From contig CM102285.1 in NCBI GenBank assembly GCA_046563655.1, positions 9,734,001-9,798,000 on the forward strand: a stretch of DNA of 64,000 nt, read 5' to 3'. The translations under genes were made by a program, and so were the position numbers. Positions 33,373 to 44,799 of the stretch are shown here, piece after piece; within the stretch, counting starts at the first letter, position 1; every line of letters begins with the position of its first letter. The DNA is from Yuukianura sp. NJ FZ-2021 (Eukaryota). The notes under the pieces were generated by a model. It saw nothing but the letters and a program-made list of their open reading frames with translations. It had not been told where the DNA came from and did no database searches.

Positions 33373-34195
33373 CTTGCAGTATGCAACTAGTCTGTCAGCT
33401 GTTTCTCACTACTTACGGTACGGTTGAGTGATCAGTTGAAACCCAAGGCGAGAGGTTAACGTTTTAGAGGATTCCAGCGGATGATTTATTTAATTTTGAA
33501 ATTAACGAGTCGAGAGCTCAGTGTTAGAGAAATATGATGATGACGGATCTGGACGGGGAGACTAGAAATGTCAGTTCTTAATCAGTGATTGTTTCTAACA
33601 ATTAAAAAATCACTGATTTATTTTGAAATCTAAATTGAAATTTTAATTTGGAAAGGGAAGGACAACAGCTCAGCTGGGAAGTGACCTTCACCCAATAGAC
33701 TGCTTGGCGCATCAGAAATGAATTGCCATTGCGGAATACCTTTTTATGACATTCCCAAAAATTGGTTGGCAGAAGGCTGGACGCCACATTGTATCCAATA
33801 CTGTAACCCAACCCACGATTGTCTATCGTAAATTACGATGGGTAGTCAAGCCACCGTAGCTGGCACAAGTGGCAACTAGTGTTGCCACCTTTGGCTACAT
33901 AAAGAAAGTGGGAGGGGGTGGGTACATTTAAGATAACTAAAAGTTTCAATACACCCTGTACTCCAACCAAAGTATTATTTGCAAAACATATGTTTCGTCA
34001 TAGGCGTTTTTTATGCAATTGCATTTCTTTGCAATCACATGTTTCATTGTTTTGAATCTGAAAAATCGAATTATCTCACCGAAAATTTCTAATTAGTATA
34101 AAGAGAGATTAATCAAACCAGTAATTGATTTTATTTAATAGTATTTTCAGTTGATTTCTGCTCAATAAGGTGATTTTACTACTAAACAAACGAAG

Positions 34196-35289
34196 ATGTT
34201 ATCAGTCAACACGGCTTCGCTGGCCCTCTTCAGTCCGCTGGTCCGGTCACATCATGTGTTTCTCTCGTACTCTGCTTGTAAATCGATTAATCTGTCTTCT
34301 CACTGGATGCGGGGGAACTTAACAATATGGGCTCAAAATGGCGTCATTCAGCGCTATAGGTCGACTAGCGACCACAAACGTTCCGGGAGTGCATTAACAG
34401 AAACCTCACAAGAACATGATTCTGCTGTCTCTACAACCATGAAAGAGAAAGGTAAAGTCGGCAGGTTATTTAATTTAGAGTGACTTAAGTGTATGATGAG
34501 AATTAAAATTTAGTTTGCTTGTTTCGCAGTGAAGGAAAACGTGAAGACAAGTGCCTACGGAAGTGTCGTTCTTATCGGAATTGCTGTAACAGGTTTGTCT
34601 TCTTGTGAAATATCCAAATGTTCATTTCTAAGTGCGTAAAATTAAATCTTGAAATGTTCTAGGGGCTATGGCATACTACATTTTAAGCGAACTTTTCTCC
34701 TCGGACAGTCCAAACAGCATTTACGCAAGATCATTCAAAATTTGTAAAGCAAGTTCAGAAGTCCAAGATGTGCTTGGAGAACCTCTAAAGTGTTACGGTA
34801 AGAACTGGCAACTGTTGCAACATATTCTATGAAATATGCTGAGAAGAACGTTTGGCACTTACCTATTAATATTTAGGCGAAGAATCGCGTCGAGGTTGGA
34901 GGCGTCATGTGGCGTAAGTCGTCATTTCTACATCAATTTCAATTACATTTAGTCATTCGTAGGCATCCAGAAACTATTAATATTGGTTATATTGTATTGA
35001 TCAAACGTTTTTAGGCACGACAAATTTATACTCGGGGATACCAAATACATCCGGATGAAGTTTTACATAGAAGGAAAATTCAGCAAAGGGACTGTTTACG
35101 TGGAAAAGAAAACGGTACGGTATACATAACTTACTAAACTTAAACTTAGAACACGCACAAGATAACGAAAGCATTTACACCTTGCTCGGTTTTCAGAATT
35201 CTCAAGGAAAGTTCGAGTACAGCTACCTGGTTGTTGATGTTGACACATACCCTCCAAGGAGAATCGATGTAGATGTCACGGGTCTATAA
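34196..35289 (+). CDS. TIMM21: Mitochondrial import inner membrane translocase subunit Tim21
   Basis: Presequence-like N-terminus, VKENVKTSAY plus TM, ELFSSDSPNSIY, LGEPLKCYGEESRRG.RRHV, RMKFYIEG. Confidence 0.95.
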
Positions 35290-35475
35290 CATAAGTCTGC
35301 AAAATACATTGAGAGGTACGACAAGAAGCTGCCTGCATTATTATTAATTACAATTTAAATTAAATTATCTTAGCACTAAGACAATAATTACAAGTTCGAA
35401 ACAATCAAAACCTGACTTGACACAAGTAACGCAAACGCACTTCTCTTTGGCTGGTTTCCGAATACGCACGTCACC

Positions 35476-36739
35476 TCATGAACTGTTGTGGTTGTGACTG
35501 TGGGAAATGACATTCCTATTTCTGTTTTTCGTTTCCCACGGGATGAGCTTGCGGACGTCAAACATATTAGCGTCGTAGGCCATGTGCTGGAACTCTTTCA
35601 TGATACCGAGGATAACGACAAGGATAGCCAAGTATTGAATCCAGGCCCATTTGAGTGTGTTCCATAAGCTAGCCCAACATTCAAAGCCCACTTCAGGGTA
35701 GCCAATTCGAATGTTAAATGAGACCTCATCTGCTTGCAATTGTCCATCTTCTTCAACAAATTCCAATTTGTTTTTAAGGTAAGTACTCACTATGACAAGC
35801 AAAACACAAAATGAGAAGTTAGCCTTCCAGCGACCAAACCTTGTCGCCTTACCATTACGAAGTGTGTAGTCCAGTAGGATTTTGGAAATTTCGTCATTTC
35901 GAATCGAAGTATTCTTCCTGGAGATTACAGGCGTGTTGTATCGCTCATCTCGAATGTGATTCCAGAGTGGAGTTTTGTAGCTCAAGTCGAGATCTGCAAA
36001 CAGATTGAATCGATTCCATTTCTTGGAAGACTGGAAATAAGTGTAGCCAAGAGTCTCCATATGCAGGGTCGCGTGTCTCTGCAATCCAAAAACTACTTTT
36101 TGCCAAATTTTGTCTCTAAGTTTGCAATTTTTTTTTAGAAAAGTTACCAGTAGCTTGTAATCAAAAAGCAGAAAAATGTGGAAAGAAGTGATGGTCGAAT
36201 CCGCTTCAATTGGAACGGTCACTTGCAGATCCAAGTATTCGTAAATTCCATCCATATTTTCATCGCCTTGTCGAGACTAAAAGTTTTTAAAAAAGTGTTT
36301 CGTTACGAGTCCAAAATTTATACAAAAGAATGGACTTACAGCAATGAACGGGAAGGTTTTGAACTCCAGCATGTTGTTTAGAGAATCCAATGTTGTCCAC
36401 ACAATCGTTTTAGATTTGGAAGCATCAACAGAATTTTCCAGTTGCATAACGAACAGAACTTCATGCTTGAAATCCACAATAGGCTGTTCCCGTACAAAGT
36501 CAATTTTAGTCCAAAAACCTAGTATTAAAAAACAATTTAGGAATTGATTACTGAAAAAGTGGCAAGTTAATTAGTAATCAATTGATGTAAGTTGAAGTAC
36601 CTTGAGTTCTGTAGGCTATGAGGTAAGGACAAATTATGATCAGGGCATAAACGATGTAATTGAAGAAAGTTGCTCTAGAGAAAGTCTCTGAGATGTAAGC
36701 AACTTGGACGTTTTCTTTGTAGGCAGAGAGGAAGCCCAT
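35476..36739 (-). CDS. TMEM231: Transmembrane protein 231 (ciliary transition zone, MKS module)
   Basis: PYLIAYRTQGFW, EQP.V.FKHE, LLFDYKL, MET(L)G, DERYN, I.YP, W..LKWAWIQYLAI. An upstream X-box supports ciliary identity. Confidence 0.9.
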
Positions 36740-36901
36740 GTTACTTTAGAAAACGAAGTGACCACTTTTTAGAAGCAAGTATAAAGTACACTGCTCTTGA
36801 AGCATGAAGTTAAAAAACTGGAAATCAAAAATGAACTTCCTACTTTTTTGAGAATTGCTCTCCGGAAACCACTGCATTTGTTGTATGTTTGCAATGTCCC
36901 C

Positions 36902-36915
36902 GTTCCTATGACAAC
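36902..36915. promoter_or_regulatory. RFX-binding X-box
   Basis: GTTCCTATGACAAC matches GTHNYYATRRNAAC on both strands, about 160 bp upstream of the TMEM231 ATG. Confidence 0.8.
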
Positions 36916-37375
36916 GCAAGGGTAAGGGATTTCACTTATCGAATTGGAATGCATACACGCGCGGGGAAACCGGCTGGTGGAGAAATGTTCCATTTTGATC
37001 ACGGGCTCAAGTGAAGTCACCATTACGCTTGATTTTACTTTAAAAAATCTACTCAACCTATTTTTACAGTGAACTACTGTAGTCATTTTCAAGCATATCG
37101 AATGAGAGGCTCAAAATTCTGTTAAAATACAAAGGAAAAACGTAAAAACACTTTTAAAACAAACTGCGGACAGGACAGTTGCCTAAATACGTAAGTTACT
37201 AAACTGGAAATCCCCTGATGCCCTTTAAATACTGTGAGAGCTATTAGAGATGGGTTGACCCGGTTGACCTAAACATGTCTGTGAAAAGTCTAAAGTTTCA
37301 TTCATATTCCTATAATTAGAAATATTTAGAATTAGAACTTCTACTTACAACCTTGTTTGAACAGAAGTACAGATC

Positions 37376-40127
37376 TTAAGTCTCTATTTGTTCGTTAGGT
37401 TCGATATTTCCTTCAAGATTTGTGGCTTCTCGTTCTACAGTTTCATTATTCTCGTCATCCATCATTTGATGGGCAGGAGATGAAGATGTGGAAGTAGAAG
37501 AGGAATTGACTCTTGAAGGAATTGCAGGGCTAGCGACCCTGGGCGCACTAACAACTTCGCTTTTCATGCACTTCTCAATGTCAGACCAAAAGAACTCGTT
37601 CACCTTTAACGCTGGCAGCCATGATGAAACCGTTTCCTGTGGAAAACAATGAAATAACGTTACGTTTGTCCAAAAATCTACCAAAATGAGTCCATTCTTA
37701 CCGTTAGTCGTGCCAATTTTCCACCTCCGAGCTCAGTCACATCCATAAGTTCCTTGTGGATTTTGTAAAATTCTACAAGTCCAGTCTGAAACGGCAAACA
37801 GATTCCGTATATTCAGTAATCACTTTTTCATGTGTTAAGGGACATAGTGACAAATTCTTACCATGATGTTGAGCAGTTTCTTTGGATCAAACTCAGTAGA
37901 CGGACAGGTTTCATAGTCAATGTGCATGGGACGACCGATTTCCAGAGGACGATTTTCAGGAGGCGGCATTGCCCAGAAGAACTGGACACTTGATTGATGA
38001 GTTTCAGTTTGTTCCGAATAACACAACGGAGCTGAAAGTTAAAACAAAATTGAAACTAAGCAGTAAATAGAATTCTGACTAACGTGACAAATTCATGCGC
38101 GAATTAGAACGTACAAATTATAATTCCAACACATGGAATGTACGATGCTTCTGATGCTCCCTTCATCATGACTTGATAATCGAGCTGTCGAGCGATGTCG
38201 TCTTTGGATGGGATAGGCGGTGCTTTGGGGTGAGAGTGGTACCACCCAACTACTTCGTTGCCCAATCCCTGAATTTCCAGTGCAATTCGATTTCGCTCAT
38301 TGTCACATTCAACTACAGTAGATGCAGGCATAAATATTTGGCAAGGATGAGCTGTTTCCATTTTAAGAACTGTAATCAGACATAATTAAAGATATAACAT
38401 AACAGTAAAAACAGAAGTTAAATGCGCGCATTCCTATTTCAATAGTTATAGATAGTGTAACGAACTGTTCTGATCCCCATTCCATCGTCCTGAAATGTAT
38501 CCTACAGCTTCAGTATTCGTTACATTACAATGGAAATCAGCCAATGCCAAGGCTTCAGCTGAGACCTTCACGTGAAATGGCTGCAATCGTTCCATTTCCT
38601 TGAATTCCGTACATGAGATCAAAATCTAAGGGTAAGATAACACAATAAAAAACAAATGATTTAATCTTTGCAATTATGTAGCAGAATTAGATTAGGAAAA
38701 GATCTTCACCTTGGCTCCAATTTGTTGAGCACTTTGACTTCTTGGGTTGTTGTCAAAGTGCTCTCCGAATTTGAGAATACAATGTGGTCGATCGTCGTCA
38801 TCTGTGTCTGAAGATGATGAAATGACGACCCCATTAGATATATTTCGAATATCTATTGATCCTTCACGGAGACGCTTGAACCAAACAGCCTTGTAGTAGT
38901 CTAGCTTCAAACCTAGAAAGAATATGAATTGCGATGAAAATTAAGTTAGAGAAACCAAATAATGACAGATGGAAAACTTAACTTACTCTTGTATTTAATT
39001 GATGCCCAACCACAACCAGATTTACGTAAACTCTTATCGGGATTGATGATTTGTTTACAAGTAGTAGCCCATGCTGAAGGCGAGGAAAAAATTTGCGAAG
39101 TCTCTTGAGATCGTATTTGTCCATTTTCAAGCAGATCTCCCATAAACTTTTGTCCCTGCAGAAAAAAATACCCGGATTAAGAAAAAGCAAGCACTGAAGC
39201 ACGACGCTGAAATACTGACCAGTTTACAAATATTGTAAAGAAACAAATTACATACGTGATACTCCAGACTCATCGTTCCTTCGCCTGGCTTTAGAATTCC
39301 TGCCGCCAGAAGCATTTGTAATGTGACACTTCGTTTCGTAATACTTGGGGAAATGTAGTTGACAACACAACCATTGCTGGCATTCACCTGCTGTACAGAT
39401 TTACTGCTCTCAGATTCTCCCTTGTCGCTTTTCTCTCCGTTTGCGTCGTTCTGGAAAAAATACAGGAAATAACTGTCGCTGAGAATCCAAAATCCGTTTG
39501 GACTCCTTGACTCCGATTGATTCCAGTTTTGAAAAGAAATTGTTGAAATTAAACAAATTGATAAGTTCTCAAGAAAAAAATGGTTGTACTCACAGAAGAT
39601 CGAGGTGTTTGATCAGGTTCAGAAGAGGATTGGGATGGAGTGGTGGTGGCTGAGGAACCGTCTTGTTCAGGATCATCGGCTTCCAGCTCGTCCGGTACTT
39701 TCTTATCAATATTAGAATTCGACCCAGCATCACACCCAGTTGAATTTAGGGGCATGTGTTGTGATTGTGAAATATCCGGTTCTGTGTCACTTCCGGCTTT
39801 CGTTTGAACTGGACGACTGGATACGCCGAGCTCGGGAACTTTTTCAGAAACTGGATAATGTAGTAATTGTTCATCGTCATCTGATACACGGTCATGCTCG
39901 ATAGACCCAGGCCCGTAGCTCTGCTGAAATAACGAAGGTGTAGTGCCATGATATAATTTAGACTTTTTCCCATCGTCTCTGTTATAATGATGTTGCTGTT
40001 GAACTGGCAAGCTGCTTGTTCCAGCAGTCGCCCAAGGGTCAAACGCCATTTCGAACAGGTCTCTCTTCTTGCCGTGACTGCTTCCCGAATAACTGTTCGA
40101 AGATGATCCAAAGTCGTTGGGGTCCAT
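37376..40127 (-). CDS. MPND: MPN domain-containing protein (RAMA + JAMM)
   Basis: RAMA-like VTLQMLLAAGILKPG...FSSPSAWA...CGWASIKYK. JAMM DFHC...TEAVGY...GWYHSHP...PS.DD, QLDYQ. Confidence 0.92.
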
Positions 40128-40536
40128 GGCGAATTGAATGAAGTGGGCAGTGGCGGTGACCTTGACCTGTTAAAAAATGTTTAGAACAAAACTAATGAAG
40201 TCGTTCCAACCAAAATATTAGTAAACAACCACGGGTATTATTACACACCGATACACACTAGTGCTTCCCTCTTACTTTTGTGTGTCACTCTACCCTTCTC
40301 AGATGTATTGTTGTTGGGCTAGCTTTGAGGTCAATTCAATTCACCGCTTCGGTTCATGGGTTTTTAAACACTGCGACTGCGAGGCGGCGACACAGGTGTG
40401 AGACGGGATTCCAGTCACGGGAACATCTTTAGAATTCGGTAACGCAGCTTTCCAGGTTAAACGAGTTGTGTTGTCCGCTTCATGCAAAGCCCCTTTTGAA
40501 TTCAATGCCAGTAGTTTGAACAGTGCGGTAAAACTT

Positions 40537-40986
40537 GGTTATTACGGAATGGCTGGGATCTGGACGCCATGTTGTTTTCTAGACTAATTCGAGGGTGCTG
40601 AACACGAATATGAAAAAAAAATTCACCGGAAATGAAAGGAAGTATTTTTAATTAATTTTTGAAAATCGTTGTTTTCCCATAAGGCGTAATGTTAACAAAA
40701 AATTTTTTCGAACGTCATTTTTTTCGTTAGGTTGATTAAATTAGATTCAGATAGGTTAGGCTAGGTTAGTTTACGTTAGGTTAGGTTAGGTTAAATCACT
40801 GTAGGTTATTCTTTGAAAAAAATTTTTTTAACATTACGCCTTATGGCAAAACAACGATTTTCAAAAATTAATTAAAAATACTTCCTTTCATTTCCGGTGA
40901 ATTTTTTTTTCATAATCGCGTTCAGCACCCTCGAATTAGTCTAGAAAACAGCATGGCGTCCAAATCCCAGCCGTTCCGTAATACCC
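40537..40986. mobile_element. Non-autonomous foldback/MITE-like element with about 175-bp inverted arms and a TTAGG-rich core
   Basis: 40537 to about 40712 is a near-perfect reverse complement of about 40812-40986. The spacer holds GTTAGGTTAGGTTAGG and variants. No coding capacity and no clear TSD. Confidence 0.85.
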
Positions 40987-41375
40987 AAATTTTTCCAACA
41001 GTGCTGACACAAGAACGTAGAGCATCAATCAATTTAATTTACTAATCGTAATCGACCAACTGAAGGTGAAGGATTGAATTGAATGAAAAAAAAAACAAAA
41101 AAGAAACACACAACCACAACACAACACAACACACACAAAAATAAAAATCAAATTCTTTTTCAAATTTGAAAATTGACGTCTACTTTCCCGCCGTTTCTTT
41201 TTATCGCGTTCTTTTTTGTGACTTTCTTACAGACATAAGATCAAACCAGCATCCCAATTGCTGAAGCAGCACTCTGTCAAATCATATCCGTAAGCAAAGT
41301 AACAGTTCAAGTCATAATTAATATTATTCATCATTAATTAATTTTAACCACTGCTTTCTATTCATTAGGTAAAAG

Positions 41376-42644
41376 ATGGCATCTGCGCGTAAGCCAGACA
41401 GGGAAGCCGGAAGTAGTTCTTCCAGTCGACGACCTAAAACCATCTCGAAGTCTAAGCCTTCCAGAATTTCAAAATCCGAATTTAGCTACGTAAAGAGTGT
41501 CTCGAACGATTTGGATGAAACAATTGAATCTCTGGACGAAATTCCAGTACCCTCCCACCGTCGTTCCTTTTGCAAATCACTGAAACTGTCAAAAGCAAAT
41601 TTTAAAGTCAAACGATACGCCCGCGCTCTCTGGAAGTATTGTCAAAATATGTCTTCTCGCTATGAATCAATCAATACCAACTTGGAATTTCCGGTTTTTC
41701 CAGAACGCTGTGGACGATTAACCCATGTTTCAGCTAAAATCTGGATTCTGACATTTGCAATTCAAGACATTTCATCAGAGATTCTGAAATCAAACACTGA
41801 CAAAGATGACCTCAGCAAAGCCTTTTCTGAACTGATCCAAGAATGTGCCATTACGAAGAAGATTCTCAGAGATTTTACTTCCAAATTCTTGCAACTTACT
41901 TTCTCTTCGGTCCAAAGGCTAAAAATTTCAGCAGTTCGGTTGGACCTGAAATTCACTGGAAAACGGAGGACTGTTGTCGAACTCGAAACTAAACCCGCAG
42001 AAGTGCAAAAGTCGATCAAAGAATTGGTCCTTACAGGATCAAAAGTTGAATCCGACGGAATGTTTCATCTTCTGAGACTCTATATGAGGACAAACGATAA
42101 ACGAAAATGGTTTAAATTTACGTCCAAATCTAATGGAAATCATTTAAACACAATTACAAAAGGACTGGAAGAGGTCACGTCTACTCTACAAACAATTCGG
42201 ACTCAAATTCAAGGTCTCAATAACTACATGGATCTTCCAGATTCTTGTTTCCATAAAACTTTGAACTCCATAACAATCAAAATAGCCAAAGAAGTTGACA
42301 AGATGTCGCAGTTAGCTGATGGCATGATGTTTTCAAAAATTGCTCAAGTTGGAACGACAATTCGCAAATGTGGAATGCTCATCAACTCTCTTCAACTAAA
42401 CGGAAAGAAATTTGTGGTTCAAATTCTGGAAGTCGTGGTCATGACTGGGATTTGTTGCAAGTTCGTTATTGATCAACTTCAAATTCCACTGAAATTAACA
42501 CAAATTGGTCCAATTGCTAACGCGGGGGAAGATGAACATGATGAATGGGAGTATGAAGTGACGGATTTCTATAAAACGGGATATCCAGACGTTCTGAGGA
42601 AAGTTCCAGTGATTATTAATCAAAATGAGCTCAGTTTACAGTAA
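41376..42644 (+). CDS. Uncharacterised 422-aa protein with uninterrupted CDS
   Basis: 1269-nt ORF preceded by a 5'UTR intron (GTAAGC at 41290, TTAG ending 41368) and AAGATGG start context. No family recognised. Confidence 0.8.
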   Translation: MASARKPDREAGSSSSSRRPKTISKSKPSRISKSEFSYVKSVSNDLDETIESLDEIPVPSHRRSFCKSLKLSKANFKVKRYARALWKYCQNMSSRYESINTNLEFPVFPERCGRLTHVSAKIWILTFAIQDISSEILKSNTDKDDLSKAFSELIQECAITKKILRDFTSKFLQLTFSSVQRLKISAVRLDLKFTGKRRTVVELETKPAEVQKSIKELVLTGSKVESDGMFHLLRLYMRTNDKRKWFKFTSKSNGNHLNTITKGLEEVTSTLQTIRTQIQGLNNYMDLPDSCFHKTLNSITIKIAKEVDKMSQLADGMMFSKIAQVGTTIRKCGMLINSLQLNGKKFVVQILEVVVMTGICCKFVIDQLQIPLKLTQIGPIANAGEDEHDEWEYEVTDFYKTGYPDVLRKVPVIINQNELSLQ

Positions 42645-43472
42645 GTCGATTTTCATTTCACATAAACACTAAAGTAAACTGAAATTTATTGCCATAATTT
42701 ATGGTTTTTAGCAAACATATTCCAGAAGACGGATCATAGTGAAGACTGATTGATTCAGTGGCGCGTGCAAACCTTACCTTACATCATATTCAAAATCCTA
42801 AACCTAAACCACGTTTGTTCGCAAACGTTCGTCTTGCTGTTAAACATTTTTATTAAACATCAAAATTATATTGACAAAAGCAGGTTTTCCACTTTTCGTT
42901 GCTAGATTTTTCCTCGGAATAAACAGTCTCAAAACATTTTGATTGCAATTTGGTTGATTTTTTAATTGTTTAGTGTAAACTTTGTTTTTAATTGAAAATC
43001 GTAATACCTATGATGAGCATGACAAACACAGAATCCCACTATCTTACAGAGACAAATTATGATTAAAAGTTATTATTTATTGCAGAAGCATTATTGAGAA
43101 CTGAATGATTCAATCAGTGTATAATGATGATAAAAAAAATTACTACTAAATTAGCACAAATAAAAGTGAATCACACCCGTACGCCTTGGTTGTTAAAGAG
43201 CTTTCTGTCACTGGGAGTTCAAAGTTCCTGATATCAAAATTATTGACCAAAATGTCTGCTGAACTCAACAAAAAGAAATCCGTAGTACTTATCCTAAAAT
43301 CACTTGGAAATTTTGGAAAAGTAGACGTGCTGTAATCGTTTTGCACTAAAAGTGCAATTTTCTAAATAAATTTGCTAACACAGCTTTAGCGATACGATAA
43401 CAAGCAAATTAAACTCTCATACAGCAACGATGACAGTATTCACTTCTCAAATTCTTAGCTTCTATTTGTGTC

Positions 43473-43750
43473 AGGTCATTGACCGTTCAGGAAGTTTGTA
43501 TTAGCTTAAATGACGCTTTCTCTCGTCATGTCCTTTGACAAAGTTATGACGAGTCATACTTTCTTCTAAAATTGTCACACCAAGCGTCAAAAGAAAGAAA
43601 AGATTTCGTAACTGCTGTACCAGGACAGGACGAGACTTTTTTCAAGGTTACAGTAATGGACGATGATGTTTTCCTCTTTTCCTTGATCTTTGAGCAAGGT
43701 CAGTCCCTCCCAAAGATCATCTACCAGAATATGATCCCTGACCTTGAACT
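43473..43750. promoter_or_regulatory. Putative nuclear-receptor (EcRE / FTZ-F1-type) site cluster
   Basis: AGGTCATTGACCG (IR1) at 43473-43485, TCAAGGTTA at 43642, CAAGGTCA at 43695, and TGACCTTGAACT at 43739-43750. Confidence 0.4.
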
Positions 43751-44799
43751 TTCACAAGTATTGCAACGCATTTTACATCATTTCATGTTATGTCATATCA
43801 TTTTAGTTTCAATCAAAAACAATTGGTACGATAAGTGTTGAGACATCAAAAAACATTTTTTAAAAATGCGATACGAATCCAAAGTCAAAAGTTTTCGGTT
43901 TTTGGCAACCGCATTTTCAGTTATGAGATTACCAGGTCAAAATTAAAAATGATGCCACAGAAAAACTCGTCAGCCTTCATCATGTAGTGTTTATATGAGG
44001 ACGTCGCTAGGCCTTCTTCGCAAAACTAATCGCACGAATGTGGTATTCGTGGTAAAGTGGTAAGGTAAACCCACTGTTCCGGTTTTTGCAACTTAAGCGT
44101 ATACTGAGGACACTCCCGACTTCAAATTAGTATTCTGTTTTACATTCAATAGATTCGTCTATATTTAAAGGATTTGCAGACACATGATGAAAAAACATGC
44201 ATTGACTCAGTAGATAGCATGCATGTTCAAATTGCGAAGGGAAGATAATTAAGAGTGAATCTTTTCCCGAGGATGATGCGTAGCATGTACTTGTGGAAAT
44301 TTGCAATTTTTAGCACGACATGATGATGCCAAAGTGTAAACCGAGGTAAGGGTGGCCTGACCATCCAAGAATTGTGCCACCACCGCCCACTTTACATTAC
44401 ACCCAGTGCACAGGAGAGGATGCAACACGGTAAAAGCTAATGCTATAAGCTTACCGTACGGTGGAAAGTTTAGCCAAGTCAATTCTTTTCCACTTTACAT
44501 CTGCACTGGGATACACACTCCGCATTGATTCGCATCTTTATCTGTCTCCCTTGTGTCTCCCAAGAACTCATCTTTGTTCATCTCTTTGTGCTCGGTGGTC
44601 CAGGGAGGAGGGAGTGAGTCAGCTCTCTCGCTATCACCAATACCGGCTGATCCTAACACCTTCGAGAGCACTAATTAGTCAAAGGAGAGGTGAACCTAAT
44701 TAGTGTAAGGCTGCTGGAGTTACTCCCTTTAAGTAAAGTGTTCTTCGCCAATCATCATTAGTATAACGTCTAAGGAGAATGCCAACGAAAACGGCTACG

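Noticed and set aside
33870..33889. GTGGCAAC-TAGT-GTTGCCAC inverted repeat as an X-box or transposon end
   Set aside because: Half-site orientation is opposite to an X-box, and it is too short to call an element.
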